Part shown: in pieces, positions 1 to 12,447 of the stretch | Layout: each line of letters begins with the position of its first letter | How positions within the stretch are numbered: the stretch's first letter is position 1 | Assembly: GCA_028699085.1 (NCBI GenBank) | Contig: JAQVVF010000003.1 | Location: 25,721-89,720, forward strand | Direction of reading: 5' to 3' | DNA length: 64,000 nucleotides | Origin: Patescibacteria group bacterium | GTDB lineage: Bacteria > Patescibacteriota > JABMPQ01 > JAQVVF01 | Program-made: the position numbers and the translations under genes | The notes under the pieces: generated by a model | Seen by the model: only the letters and a program-made list of their open reading frames with translations | What the model was told of the DNA's origin: nothing | Databases searched by the model: none

Positions 1-1692
<1,692 letters not shown>

Positions 1693-1733
1693 TTATAAGT
1701 TTTAATTAATAAGTTACTCAAAATAATATTCAA

Positions 1734-2030
1734 TTATTTTTCAATTACCGCCAAAATATCATTAATACTGCCAACTAGATAATCTTCATCATCCATTTTA
1801 ATCTCATCCAACCCATACTTTTTATATAATACGCTATCGCCTACTTTAACGCCCATTTCTGATCTTTTGCCATTTGATAATAATTTTCCTTCTCCAACAG
1901 CAATTACTTCTGCAATTTCAGTTTTTTCTTTTACTGCTGTTTCTGGCAAGACAATTCCTGATTTGTTTTCTTCTTTTTCAACGACTGGTTTTAAAACCAC
2001 ATTGTCGCCTAATGGCTTGATTTTTGTCAT
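1734..2030 (-). CDS. groES: Co-chaperonin GroES
   Basis: KIKPLGDNVV, SGIVLPETA mobile loop, VIAVGEG, DILAVIE; directly upstream of groEL. Confidence 0.98.
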   Translation of the reverse strand: MTKIKPLGDNVVLKPVVEKEENKSGIVLPETAVKEKTEIAEVIAVGEGKLLSNGKRSEMGVKVGDSVLYKKYGLDEIKMDDEDYLVGSINDILAVIEK

Positions 2031-2053
2031 AATTTTTTTATTAATTACTTATT

Positions 2054-2080
2054 CTAGCACTCGTATAGATTGAGTGCTAA
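2054..2080 (-). promoter_or_regulatory. CIRCE element (HrcA operator)
   Basis: Minus strand TTAGCACTC-AATCTATAC-GAGTGCTAG, one mismatch to TTAGCACTC-N9-GAGTGCTAA, upstream of groES. Confidence 0.95.
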
Positions 2081-2083
2081 ATC

Positions 2084-2112
2084 ATCTTATAAAATCAAAA
2101 TTTTTCTGTCAA
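2084..2112 (-). promoter_or_regulatory. Sigma70-type promoter of groESL
   Basis: TTGACA (2112-2107), 17 nt spacer, TAAGAT (2089-2084), immediately 5' of CIRCE. Confidence 0.8.
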
Positions 2113-2262
2113 GAAAAAATATCCACATCTCATTAGTTTAGTCATTCTAAGAACAAAAGTCAATACTTATGCACTTCAATTTTACTTAATTTATGCTATA
2201 TTAAATTTGATACAACTAAATATTATTATTTAGTTATTTAATAATAAATTAACACAAAAAAT

Positions 2263-2859
2263 ATGACCGCATTAGAACAAGGACCAGAAATGCAACAAGA
2301 AACATTAGCTTCAGAAATCGAAGCAAGATTACAAGAATCTCCAGAAATATCACAAGATCGAAACAAAATCTTTGATGGCTTATCAAGAAACAAAGAAGTC
2401 GCTTTAGCTGGTTTGTTATTAACAATTGGAACTCTAGCAAGCAGCGAAGCTCAAGCAGAATTTTATTACCAACGTCCCGAAAACGTCAAACAAAGTGAAA
2501 CTGAAATATTGCAAAATTTTAAAGATGGTGATGAAAATACAGTTTATCGCTATGGACAAGAATTAGTAGATCTAACTGCAGAGAGAGCAAAACAAGGTGA
2601 AGAAACAGCTGAAGCTGGAGAAGCAGGCCGTGCTATTATCGAACAACTTTCCAGAATGATGATGTTTTGCAAAAAACACGGAGTAGAACTAAAAGATGTC
2701 TATGATGTCTCTAAAATAAATCCTGATTTTGTCAAAGAAGCTAGAGTAAAATATGTCCAAGCTGTTATGATAAGTGAAAAAGAAGGTCAAAAACCAGGTC
2801 AAGAAAAATTCGCAAAAACTACAGTAAAAAGCGAAACTCTAAAAAGAACTGGCCGTTAA
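2263..2859 (+). CDS. Hypothetical protein with internal signal-peptide-like segment
   Basis: 198 aa ORF; acidic N-terminus, then VALAGLLLTIGTLASSEAQA. Confidence 0.8.
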   Translation: MTALEQGPEMQQETLASEIEARLQESPEISQDRNKIFDGLSRNKEVALAGLLLTIGTLASSEAQAEFYYQRPENVKQSETEILQNFKDGDENTVYRYGQELVDLTAERAKQGEETAEAGEAGRAIIEQLSRMMMFCKKHGVELKDVYDVSKINPDFVKEARVKYVQAVMISEKEGQKPGQEKFAKTTVKSETLKRTGR

Positions 2860-2888
2860 TTTATTATTAATTAAATTTTAAAATAAAA

Positions 2889-3176
2889 ATGTTAGAACAA
2901 ACTAAAAATATATTGCAAAATTTGGGAATTACTAACAAAATCGCACCAGAAACGCGTGAAAAATTATTACCAAAAATTGGCGAACTTTTAGAAAAAAGAA
3001 TGCTTATTGCTTTAACATTAGCAATCCCAGAAGACAAAAAACAAGAAGCTCAAGACAAGATTTCTAAAAATGAACCAGGCTTAGTAGAATATTTACAGTC
3101 AATCGTTCCAGATTGTGATGAAATATTAAAAAGAACAATTGACAAATTCAAAGCAGAAATCGATCAAATGCTTTAA
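2889..3176 (+). CDS. Small helical hypothetical protein (possibly DUF5663-like)
   Basis: 95 aa ORF followed by terminator; family assignment from recall only. Confidence 0.7.
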   Translation: MLEQTKNILQNLGITNKIAPETREKLLPKIGELLEKRMLIALTLAIPEDKKQEAQDKISKNEPGLVEYLQSIVPDCDEILKRTIDKFKAEIDQML

Positions 3177-3192
3177 AAAATTTCAAGAATAT

Positions 3193-3222
3193 AAAAACGA
3201 GATATCAAATCTCGTTTTTTTT
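3193..3222. terminator. Bidirectional intrinsic terminator
   Basis: AAAAACGAGA-TATCAAA-TCTCGTTTTTTTT between convergent genes. Confidence 0.85.
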
Positions 3223-3234
3223 ATTCGTGTAATC

Positions 3235-3254
3235 CCTGCCTGCCGAGAGGCAGG
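3235..3254. repeat. GC-rich palindrome CCTGCCT-GCCGAG-AGGCAGG
   Basis: 7-bp inverted repeat in AT-rich context; resembles a short palindromic repeat I recall from CPR genomes; degenerate relative at ~22671-22690. Confidence 0.55.
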
Positions 3255-3285
3255 AGTGCCTCATAGGCATTTGTGAGATTAGTAT

Positions 3286-4731
3286 TTACCGGATTGTTAT
3301 TGCAAAATAATTTTTTGTTTTTTTAAAATATGTATATGATGCAATAAATTTTTTATTCTTTTTTTTGTAAACCACATTATTCATGCTTTCCCACTTCTTA
3401 GATTTTCCTTTTCTAAAAACTAATTTTAGTTTTCTTTTTTTGTATTGAAAAGTTTTTGTTCTATCGAGAAGTCTAACTTCGCTATTCTTAAATTTAAATT
3501 TTAATTTTAATTTAAAGCCTGATCTAAGATTTGTAGTCAATTTCCAATAATAAGGAAAAGTATTTTTTGATAAAAGATTTACAGGCTTTTTGCTAACTTT
3601 TTTTACTTTAATATAGTATTTGCTAGCACTATCCGGCAATTGCTGAAAAATTATGACTACATCTTTACCAATAATTGGCTGATTTTTATCGCTATCATCT
3701 AATTTTTTCTTATCGATATCTTGATTTTCTTTTTTATCTAAACCAATTTGCTGATCACCAGTTGTTCTAAAAACTCCATTATTAGTTGCCACTAATAATG
3801 AATTATTAGATGTAAAAAGTAAATTATAGGCCCAAGATACGCCATTCAAAATAGCTGTTTTTGACCATAATTGACCAGAATTAACAGTTTTAAAAATATC
3901 ACCGCTACTTGCAGTTGCACTAAATACTGAACCCAAAGGAAGTTGAAGCAAATGTTCAACTATCCAAGCATCTGACAAGTTTCCAGTTATTCCCCAAATA
4001 TGGCCATCATCAACAGACTTATATACTCTGCCAACCGTATCACCACGCGCTCCAGCATACAAAACTCCTGCCGCAGTTTCTAACAAACTATCAACATAAG
4101 AAGCACCAGTCAATGTTCCAGTTGCCGTCCAATTCTTGCCTAAATCAACAGATTTAAAAACTTTGCCATTTGGGAATGTCCCCGCATATAAGGCACCACT
4201 CGAAGCTTGAATAATTGTGTAAACATTTTCTGCACCTGCTAAATTTCCTGTATCTTGCCAATTTAAACCAGCATCTTCTGATTTATAAATATTTCCATCA
4301 TGATCAGTTGCTGCAAAAATTGAACCATCACTCGTTTGAATAATTCTATATACATTTGACCCACCAACAAATGTCTTTAATTTTGTCCAAGTTACTCCAT
4401 TATCCGCAGATTTAAACAAATCACTATTCGGAGAGGTACCAGCATATATAAAACCTTCTGAATCTACCATTAAAGAATGAACGCCAGTAGCATTTAATAA
4501 ATCACCTGTATTCGTCCATGTTAATCCATCATCAACTGATTTGAACACATCGCCATCTGGATACGTTCCTGCATATATTGCCCCATCTATTCCTTGAGCT
4601 AAACAGTAAACTGTAGTTGCTCCATCTAAATCCCCTGTTTTTGTCCATGTATCTCCCAAATTTGCAGCAAAACAAAAACCTCCCAAAAATAATCCAACAA
4701 TCAAAACAAAACCACCAATTATTTTTTTCAT
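3286..4731 (-). CDS. Secreted BNR/Asp-box beta-propeller protein with Lys-rich C-terminal domain
   Basis: Signal peptide MKKIIGGFVLIVGLFLGGFCFA; ~7 repeats YAGT..G.vFKSxDxGxTW; basic C-terminal domain. Confidence 0.9.
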   Translation of the reverse strand: MKKIIGGFVLIVGLFLGGFCFAANLGDTWTKTGDLDGATTVYCLAQGIDGAIYAGTYPDGDVFKSVDDGLTWTNTGDLLNATGVHSLMVDSEGFIYAGTSPNSDLFKSADNGVTWTKLKTFVGGSNVYRIIQTSDGSIFAATDHDGNIYKSEDAGLNWQDTGNLAGAENVYTIIQASSGALYAGTFPNGKVFKSVDLGKNWTATGTLTGASYVDSLLETAAGVLYAGARGDTVGRVYKSVDDGHIWGITGNLSDAWIVEHLLQLPLGSVFSATASSGDIFKTVNSGQLWSKTAILNGVSWAYNLLFTSNNSLLVATNNGVFRTTGDQQIGLDKKENQDIDKKKLDDSDKNQPIIGKDVVIIFQQLPDSASKYYIKVKKVSKKPVNLLSKNTFPYYWKLTTNLRSGFKLKLKFKFKNSEVRLLDRTKTFQYKKRKLKLVFRKGKSKKWESMNNVVYKKKNKKFIASYTYFKKTKNYFAITIR

Positions 4732-4743
4732 ATTTTATTTTTA

Positions 4744-5232
4744 TTATTTAACTTTTGCAAATAAAATTGCATCAACATTTTTTCCTTGATTTATAATTCT
4801 TTTTTTCAGAACACCTTCTTTTTCATAACCACATTTTTTTGCTACTCTCTGACTTTGTTCGTTTTTAACATCTGTCAAAATTTCTATTCTCTTCAAATCT
4901 AATTCTTTAAAAGCAATCTCCTCAACCAATCTTACAGCTTCACAAGTTATCCCCTTACCCCAATATTTTTCATCTAAAAAATAACCAATTTCGCCAACAA
5001 ATTTACAATGCTGATTAATCTTTATTCCGATACCACCTACTACTTTATTATCATAAAGAATCGTATAATTATGCTCATAATTGTTTTTCACTTTTTTCTG
5101 TACTTCTTTTAACCACTTAATCTCTTCATTAAGCGTTGGTTTAGCATTAAAATAAATAAAATTTGGATTATTTAAAATTTCACAAAACCTTTCTGCATCA
5201 GATAATTTCTGATACCTCAATTTTATTTTCAT
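4744..5232 (-). CDS. GNAT N-acetyltransferase (RimJ/RimL type)
   Basis: EIGYFLDEKYWGKGI, NEQSQRVAKKCGYEKEG. Confidence 0.92.
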   Translation of the reverse strand: MKIKLRYQKLSDAERFCEILNNPNFIYFNAKPTLNEEIKWLKEVQKKVKNNYEHNYTILYDNKVVGGIGIKINQHCKFVGEIGYFLDEKYWGKGITCEAVRLVEEIAFKELDLKRIEILTDVKNEQSQRVAKKCGYEKEGVLKKRIINQGKNVDAILFAKVK

Positions 5233-5236
5233 AATA

Positions 5237-6175
5237 TTAGCTAACTCCTATAACTTTATTTAAATTAATTTCAAATTTTTCTCTAAATTCATTTCGCCTA
5301 TCAACTTCATGAAACTTCAACATTTTATCAGAAATAATAACATCAAGTCCCTTGCCTCGCATCTTCCCTATTTGTATTTTTTTAAATATTTTTTCAAAAC
5401 TATTTCCTAATTTACCACTTAATATTCTTTCACAAATAATCCTTAGCCAATCTAAAAACAATATTTTTTTAATTTTTCTTTCATAACCAACAGGCAGATA
5501 AGACAAAGCATTGGGCACAGAATCTTTAGTCCAACTATTTTCTAACATAAACTTTGTGTATATTCCTCGATCTAATAATGGCGCTGTCAAAAGAATCCAA
5601 TTGTTTAAATAGATATCATAAGGTTTTTTAGAAATCTTTTTCAAATTCAAATTATCGTCTGTTACAAAAAAAGATAAACATAATTTTCCAGAAATTCTAT
5701 CTTTATGCCTCCATTGCCCCAACAAACTAACCAAGCTAGTCACTAAAAATCTAGTTATCCACATACGGCCTGATTTTACCACTATAAAAACATCAATATC
5801 TGATTCTGGCTTGATGTTATTAATTAACAAATTGTTACAGCCAGCAATCATTTTTATAAAAGGAATAACCTGCAAAATAGTTGTAATTCTTTGTAACTTT
5901 TTCCATCTTTTCTGCGCCAACAGATATCTTTGTCTTCTTGTCTCAACGATATCTTTTCTGCCTTTCAAAAAATAAAAACCGTTCTTCTGCTGCAAAGATT
6001 TTTTTAAAATATTAGAACTTACCAAAATATTATGTACATCCGAAACTTTATTTTTCATATTTCCCATATCACATTTCCCATATCCAAATTTAAAAATCTC
6101 CCAGCTTGTCAGTGGATATTCAAAAATATCATAATAAGAAACAGCCGCTAAAACAGCTTTTTCTAGATTCTTCAT
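5237..6175 (-). CDS. Conserved hypothetical, nucleotidyltransferase-like
   Basis: SDIDVFIV acidic motif; N-terminal YYDIFEYPLT. Confidence 0.7.
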   Translation of the reverse strand: MKNLEKAVLAAVSYYDIFEYPLTSWEIFKFGYGKCDMGNMKNKVSDVHNILVSSNILKKSLQQKNGFYFLKGRKDIVETRRQRYLLAQKRWKKLQRITTILQVIPFIKMIAGCNNLLINNIKPESDIDVFIVVKSGRMWITRFLVTSLVSLLGQWRHKDRISGKLCLSFFVTDDNLNLKKISKKPYDIYLNNWILLTAPLLDRGIYTKFMLENSWTKDSVPNALSYLPVGYERKIKKILFLDWLRIICERILSGKLGNSFEKIFKKIQIGKMRGKGLDVIISDKMLKFHEVDRRNEFREKFEINLNKVIGVS

Positions 6176-6208
6176 TGAATTTTATAATTTTATTTTGCGA
6201 TCACCAAA

Positions 6209-7987
6209 CTATTTTTTCTTCAAAAAATCAAAAAGTTTATCTACGGAATAAGTATTGATAATATCTTTCTTTTCCGCCCAACCACGCCTTGATGTTAAAA
6301 TTCCAAAATCCAAAACATCAAGCTGATCAACACTATGCGAATCTAAACCTATTGCCAATTTTACACCATGCTCAATGGCACTTTTTATATTTATATCATT
6401 CAAATCCAAACGATCAGGGAAAGCATTAATTTCCAAACAAGTTTTTGTTTCCTTTGCTATTTTTATCACTTGTTCGACATCCAATTCATATTCATCTCTT
6501 CTCCCTAACAATTTGCCAGTTGGATGACTAATTATATCAATATGCTTATTTTTCATTGCTTTGCATAATCTTTCTGTCATTTCTTTCTTTGACATTTTAA
6601 AAACAGAATGAATGCCAGCCACAACAACATCAAGTTTGGCTAGAATATTATCTGGCACATCAATCGTCCCATCTCGCAAAATATTTGCCTCCACACCAGA
6701 CAAAATTCTAAAATCAGATATTTTTTTATTTAAGCTTTCAATATATTTTATATAATCTAAAATATCTTTACCTTCCATTTTTGCAGCAATTTTTAAACTT
6801 CCAACATGATCGCCCATCACTAAATATTTTAAGCCCATTTTCTGACATTTTTTCACCAAGTCAGAAATACTGCCTACAGCATCTAAACTAAAATCGCTAT
6901 GAACATGAAAAACTCCCAAAATATCTTTTCTATCGACGAGCTTAGGCAATTTATGGCTTAATGAAGCCTCAATCTCACCACGGTCTTCACGAAGTTCAGG
7001 CTCAATATAATCCATTCCAAATTTTTGATAAATTTCTTTTTCAGTTTCACCAGCAATTTTAGTTTTTGTTTCGTTACTTTTTACTTTTAACTTGTCACTT
7101 TTAACTTTTAAATTTTGACTTTTTACTTTATACAAACCATACTCATTCAAAGACAAGCCCTTAGCCATGGCCATTTTCCGCAATTTTATATTATGCAATT
7201 TCGATCCAGTAAAATATAAAAGTCCAGCACCATAACTTTCTTTTTTAAAAACTCGCAAGTCACAATCAAATCCTGATTTTAATCTAACCAATGCCTTATC
7301 AGCACCTCTTGCATAAATTTTTTCAACTTGACGTAAACTGCAAAAAGCATCAATTAATTTTTTTGAATTATTCGATACTGCCAGCAAATCAATATCACCT
7401 ATTGTCTCCTTACCTCGTCTAATTGATCCTACTAACTCAATATTTTTATCGTTTGTAAAATTAATCAAATCTTGTTTTATATCTAAAGCTTCCGGCAAGA
7501 TATAACCCAATAATTTTCGACCTTTATTCTTTTCTAAAAATTTAATGCCCGACAAAATATTTTCTTCAGTCTTTTCACCCATGCCTTTAAGTTTACTAAT
7601 TTTTCCTTTTTCTGCTGCCTCTTCTAATTGCTTCACGGTCTTTATGCCTAATTTTTCATAAACTTTTTTAACTAATTTTGGACCTACTCCTTCAATTACA
7701 GTCATTTCTTCTACTTTAGCTGGCATTTTTTTCTTCATTTTTTTGTACTCTTTAATTCTGCCAGTCTTAATTATCTCTTCAATTTTCAAAGCCATAGATT
7801 CTCCAATTCCAGAAATTTCATTCAAAGCTTTTAATCCACCTTCCTTATAAATATCTTTAACATCACGATTCAAAGAACGTAAAGAAATAGCTGCTTTTTG
7901 ATAAGCTCTTGGTTTAAATTGAATATTTTCCATTGCATACATATCAGCTATTTCATCAAAAATATCGGCAATTTTTTCATTTAACAT
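6209..7987 (-). CDS. polX: DNA polymerase X with PHP domain
   Basis: HhH motifs GIGES/GVGPK, GSIRRGKETIGDIDLL, YFTGSKLHN, PHP HVHSDFS, HPTG, LDSH. Confidence 0.96.
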   Translation of the reverse strand: MLNEKIADIFDEIADMYAMENIQFKPRAYQKAAISLRSLNRDVKDIYKEGGLKALNEISGIGESMALKIEEIIKTGRIKEYKKMKKKMPAKVEEMTVIEGVGPKLVKKVYEKLGIKTVKQLEEAAEKGKISKLKGMGEKTEENILSGIKFLEKNKGRKLLGYILPEALDIKQDLINFTNDKNIELVGSIRRGKETIGDIDLLAVSNNSKKLIDAFCSLRQVEKIYARGADKALVRLKSGFDCDLRVFKKESYGAGLLYFTGSKLHNIKLRKMAMAKGLSLNEYGLYKVKSQNLKVKSDKLKVKSNETKTKIAGETEKEIYQKFGMDYIEPELREDRGEIEASLSHKLPKLVDRKDILGVFHVHSDFSLDAVGSISDLVKKCQKMGLKYLVMGDHVGSLKIAAKMEGKDILDYIKYIESLNKKISDFRILSGVEANILRDGTIDVPDNILAKLDVVVAGIHSVFKMSKKEMTERLCKAMKNKHIDIISHPTGKLLGRRDEYELDVEQVIKIAKETKTCLEINAFPDRLDLNDINIKSAIEHGVKLAIGLDSHSVDQLDVLDFGILTSRRGWAEKKDIINTYSVDKLFDFLKKK

Positions 7988-8103
7988 TTTAATAAAATTA
8001 TCTTATATCTATTTATTTTACCAAATTTTATTGTAAAAACCAAACTAAAATGCTAATCTAACTTAACAGTTTTCTGCCTCAAAATCAGAAAAAGGAGGTC
8101 AAA

Positions 8104-8673
8104 ATGGCAGGCAAAATGACACGCGCTAACAAAATTACAACAATGCGAATGGTCACCTGCCCTATCGTTTTCTTCTCTATTATGTATTTCTGGCCAAACA
8201 ACACAGTCGCCATGTTAATTGCATTAATTGTGATGGTTCTCTCTGAATCTCTCGACATCTTAGACGGATACGTTGCCAGAAAATATAATGAAGTGAGTCA
8301 AATTGGTAAACTTCTTGATCCGCTTAGTGATTGTTTTTGGCACGGAACTGTTTATTTCTGCTTGATCCAACATAATCTTGCAAATCCCTGGTTGCTCTTT
8401 TTAATGGTTAGTCGAGAAATTGCAGTCATGTGTATTCGCTACAAATCTTTGATTACCGGTACTGTACTTTCAGCCAGATTTTCTGGGAAACTAAAATGTC
8501 ATGCAATCGCTTGGTATGGAGCATTGATTATGTTTTTCTATCTATTCAAACTCTACAACGTTTTCGACATCATTCCTTATTTCATTCATGTACAATGGCT
8601 AGTTGCTGCAATAATTATCTATTCTCTTTACGATTACTACCAGTCCAACAAAAAAATTGTCCTTTCAGACTAA
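8104..8673 (+). CDS. CDP-alcohol phosphatidyltransferase (PgsA-like)
   Basis: DILDGYVARKYNEVSQIGKLLDPLSD signature; SD AGGAGG. Confidence 0.93.
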   Translation: MAGKMTRANKITTMRMVTCPIVFFSIMYFWPNNTVAMLIALIVMVLSESLDILDGYVARKYNEVSQIGKLLDPLSDCFWHGTVYFCLIQHNLANPWLLFLMVSREIAVMCIRYKSLITGTVLSARFSGKLKCHAIAWYGALIMFFYLFKLYNVFDIIPYFIHVQWLVAAIIIYSLYDYYQSNKKIVLSD

Positions 8674-8697
8674 AGACCAACTCAAGGTCTTTTTTTT
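8672..8697 (+). terminator. Intrinsic terminator
   Basis: AAAGACC-AACTCAA-GGTCTTT followed by T-tract. Confidence 0.7.
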
Positions 8698-8773
8698 ATT
8701 CAACAAAAAAATCACAAATCTATTACAATTTGTGATTTTAAATTTGTCTATTATATAAAAATATAAAATTATT

Positions 8774-11617
8774 TTAATAAAGAATTTTTTTAAGATATTG
8801 TCCAGTATAGCTTCTCTTTATTTTAACTACATCCCTTGGCGTTCCAGCAACCACAACCTCTCCACCCTTATCTCCACCTTCTGGACCAAGATCAACAATC
8901 CAATCCGCGCATTTTATAACATCCAAATTATGTTCAATAACTAAAACTGTGTTTTTTTTATCAACTAATCTATTCAAAACTTTCAATAATCTATTAACAT
9001 CTTCAAAATGAAGTCCAGTTGTTGGCTCATCTAAAATGTATAATGTTTTACCAGTTGCTCTTCTAGACAATTCAGTCGCTAATTTAATTCTTTGGGCTTC
9101 TCCACCAGACAATGTTGTCGCTGATTGACCTAGTTGCAGATATCCTAATCCGACATCCTGCAAAATTTCTAGTTTTTGTTTCAAAGCTGGAACATGTCTA
9201 AAAAACATCATTGCTTCATCGATTGTCAAACTCAAAACTTCAGAAATATTTTTTCCTTTATAATGTATTTCTAATGCCTGTTTATTATATCTCTGACCTT
9301 TGCATTCTTCACATTCTACATAAACATCTGGCAAAAAATGCATTTCGATTTTCACTAAACCGTCTCCTTGGCATGCCTCGCATCTTCCGCCTTTTACATT
9401 AAAACTAAATCTGCCTGCTTTATAGCCTCTCATCCTTGCTTCTGGTGTTTCGGCAAAAAGATCTCTAATATATGTGAATACTCCAGTATACGTTGCTGGA
9501 TTTGATCTTGGAGTTCTGCCAATCGGAGATTGATCAATTCTTATTACCTTATCAATATTCTCGATTCCTTCTATTTTTTTATAATCTCCAGGTAAATCTT
9601 TAGCGCCATAAAATTTATTTGCCAACGCTTTACCCAAAATTTCGTCCATCAAAGTTGATTTTCCAGAGCCAGATACTCCAGTAATACAAACAAATTTACC
9701 TAATGGAATTGATACATTGATATTTTTTAAATTAAATTCAGATGCACCAATTATTTTTAATTCCTTACCATTGCCTTTGCGATATTTTTTTGGAGCTTCA
9801 ATTTTTCTTTTTCCAGATAAATATAATCCTGTTAATGATTTTTTATCTTGCTTAATTTTCAAAGGCGACCCAGAAAAAATTAATTCACCTCCATGTTTTC
9901 CCGCACCAGGTCCAATATCAATCACGTAATCGGATTCCAAAATTGTCTGCTCATCATGCTCAACAACAATTACCGTATTTCCCATATCTCTAAGACTTTT
10001 TAAAGTTTGAATCAGTCGATCATTATCCCGAGCATGCAATCCGATTGATGGTTCATCTAAAATATAAACTACTCCGACCAAGCCAGAACCTATCTGCGTT
10101 GCCAATCTAATTCTTTGCGCTTCACCACCAGATAACGTATGAGCAGCCCGATCTAAAGTAATATATTCCAAACCAACATTCTGTAAAAATTTTAAACGAT
10201 CTCCGATTTCTTTTATAATTTGTTCAGCTATTTTCAAATCTTTTGTACTCAAAATATTTTTATCATTAGCTAATTCCTCAAACCATGGCACTAATTTATC
10301 AACAGTCATTTCTGTAACATCAGATATCGATTTTTCATTAACTTTAACAGCTAAAACTTCCGGCCTTAATCTTTTTCCATGGCATCTTGGACATACTTGT
10401 ATTCTCATATATCTTTCAATTTCAGATCTAATATAATCAGAATTAGTTTCCTTATATCTTCTTTCTAAATTTGGAACGACACCTTCAAAAGTTGTTTTAA
10501 TACTTTTCATTCCATCGCTAACTTCTATTAATTTACTACCTGTACCATATAATACTTTTTCTAAATCTTTTTCCGAAAGATCTTTAACAGGAGTATCTAA
10601 AGAAAAATCGTAAGAATCAGCCAATGCCTCCAAAATTCTAGAAAACCAAGTTTGTCTCATAGAAACTGAGGAAGACCATGGCCTAATTGCACCTTGAGCT
10701 AAAGTTAATTTTTTATTTGGAATAACTAAATTTTCATAAACTTCAAGCTTTGTTCCTAATCCTGTGCATTCTTTACAAGCGCCATGAGGCGAATTAAAAG
10801 AAAAATTTCTTGGTTCTAAATCTCGCAAATTAATTCCACATTTTGGACAAGCAAAAAGCTGGCTAAAAAGAATATCTTTTTTTTCATCAGCTAAGTTAGC
10901 AATCACAATGCCATTTCCTAAATCTAAAGCAGTTTCTAAAGAATCAGCGACCCTAATCTTATCACCACTATTTCCAGTTATTTCAATTCTATCTACAACC
11001 ACTTCAACATTATGTCTTTTATTCTTATCTACATCCATATCTAATGCTTCTTCCATCGAATATATTTGACCATCAAACCTGACTCTAACATAACCAGCTC
11101 TTAAAATTTCTTGTAAAACATGCTGATGCTCGCCTTTTTTATCTGAAATTATTGGCGCTAATAAATTAATTTTGGTTCCTTTTTTTAATTTTATAATTTG
11201 ATCCAAAATCTGATTAATTGTCTGTTTTGTAACTAATCTTCCACATTTTGGACAATGAGGTTTTCCAATTCTGGCATACAACAATCTTAAATAATCATAA
11301 ATTTCAGTAATTGTTCCAACTGTAGATCTTGGATTTTTAGAAACAGTTTTTTGATCAATCGAAATTGCTGGACTCATTCCATCAATTCTTTCAACATCTG
11401 GCTTGTCCATCATTCCCAAAAACTGCCGAGCATAAGCAGACAAACTTTCAACGTATCTTCTTTGTCCTTCAGCATAAATTGTATCAAAAGCCAAAGACGA
11501 TTTTCCTGATCCAGAAATTCCAGTAATTACAACCATTTTATCTCTTGGAATCTCTACATCAATATTTTTTAAATTATGAACTTTTGCCCCTTTTATTACG
11601 ATTTTTTCGTTCTTCAT
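8774..11617 (-). CDS. uvrA: Excinuclease ABC subunit A
   Basis: Two Walker A ([18 protein letters not shown]), two LSGGEAQRI, Zn fingers. Confidence 0.99.
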   Translation of the reverse strand: MKNEKIVIKGAKVHNLKNIDVEIPRDKMVVITGISGSGKSSLAFDTIYAEGQRRYVESLSAYARQFLGMMDKPDVERIDGMSPAISIDQKTVSKNPRSTVGTITEIYDYLRLLYARIGKPHCPKCGRLVTKQTINQILDQIIKLKKGTKINLLAPIISDKKGEHQHVLQEILRAGYVRVRFDGQIYSMEEALDMDVDKNKRHNVEVVVDRIEITGNSGDKIRVADSLETALDLGNGIVIANLADEKKDILFSQLFACPKCGINLRDLEPRNFSFNSPHGACKECTGLGTKLEVYENLVIPNKKLTLAQGAIRPWSSSVSMRQTWFSRILEALADSYDFSLDTPVKDLSEKDLEKVLYGTGSKLIEVSDGMKSIKTTFEGVVPNLERRYKETNSDYIRSEIERYMRIQVCPRCHGKRLRPEVLAVKVNEKSISDVTEMTVDKLVPWFEELANDKNILSTKDLKIAEQIIKEIGDRLKFLQNVGLEYITLDRAAHTLSGGEAQRIRLATQIGSGLVGVVYILDEPSIGLHARDNDRLIQTLKSLRDMGNTVIVVEHDEQTILESDYVIDIGPGAGKHGGELIFSGSPLKIKQDKKSLTGLYLSGKRKIEAPKKYRKGNGKELKIIGASEFNLKNINVSIPLGKFVCITGVSGSGKSTLMDEILGKALANKFYGAKDLPGDYKKIEGIENIDKVIRIDQSPIGRTPRSNPATYTGVFTYIRDLFAETPEARMRGYKAGRFSFNVKGGRCEACQGDGLVKIEMHFLPDVYVECEECKGQRYNKQALEIHYKGKNISEVLSLTIDEAMMFFRHVPALKQKLEILQDVGLGYLQLGQSATTLSGGEAQRIKLATELSRRATGKTLYILDEPTTGLHFEDVNRLLKVLNRLVDKKNTVLVIEHNLDVIKCADWIVDLGPEGGDKGGEVVVAGTPRDVVKIKRSYTGQYLKKILY

Positions 11618-11748
11618 AAAATAATTATTTTATTATCTATAAACAGTTAATGATAAGTATAACCAATTATTTTAATACTTGCAAGCTTAACAATTACAAA
11701 AAAGGCTTGTCTTTACGACAAGCCTCAATCAAATTATTTAATTAATAT

Positions 11749-12447
11749 CTATTTGATGTTAAATGATTGGACAATCTTCTCAAAAGTCCCATTACTTTGA
11801 TATTTATTAGTTAAATCAGAAATCTCAACATATCCGCCATTTGTTTTTACTGAAATCACGGTTGAATTTGAATAACCTGCTACATTTTTAAATTTATATG
11901 CATCCAAACCATTTACTTTTAATTTTTCAAAACCACCTGAAGAATCAGAAAAATAATTAACATCATTTAAACCATCATAGAATCGATCAAAATCATAGCT
12001 TTGTTTATTGCTCTTAAATGTAAAAACAATATTACCTTTATTATTTGCTGTGCTATCCAACAAATCAACTAAGCCAACCTTATTTTTTTCTGTTTCATTA
12101 ATTTGAAAGCCATCTAAAACAATAAAAGAAAACTTTTGTCCATTAAATGTATCAGTATATTCTTCTCCACCAACATCTTCTTTATTAAGTTCATTAACAT
12201 TAGAATTCTCATTTGCTTCATTAATATTTGCATTTATAGAATTTTCATTTATTACTACTACTTCATTCGGTCGATACGTTTCAACAAAACTATTTTCATT
12301 GCTAATTTCAATATCTTTTTTATCATCCTTGCCACATCTACTAAATAAAAAAATGATACCAAATAAAATCGATGAGACAACAAATCCCACAATAATTCCT
12401 TTTACCAAATTATTGTTACCAACATTAGTTTTATACATAATTTTCAA
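11749..12447 (-). CDS. Hypothetical membrane-anchored protein
   Basis: Single N-terminal TM, Asn-rich linker, globular C-terminus; true start may be ATG ~12438. Confidence 0.75.
   Translation of the reverse strand: MKIMYKTNVGNNNLVKGIIVGFVVSSILFGIIFLFSRCGKDDKKDIEISNENSFVETYRPNEVVVINENSINANINEANENSNVNELNKEDVGGEEYTDTFNGQKFSFIVLDGFQINETEKNKVGLVDLLDSTANNKGNIVFTFKSNKQSYDFDRFYDGLNDVNYFSDSSGGFEKLKVNGLDAYKFKNVAGYSNSTVISVKTNGGYVEISDLTNKYQSNGTFEKIVQSFNIK

Noticed and set aside
11618-11700. LexA/SOS boxes upstream of uvrA, uvrC or recA
   Set aside because: No shared palindrome was found by eye.
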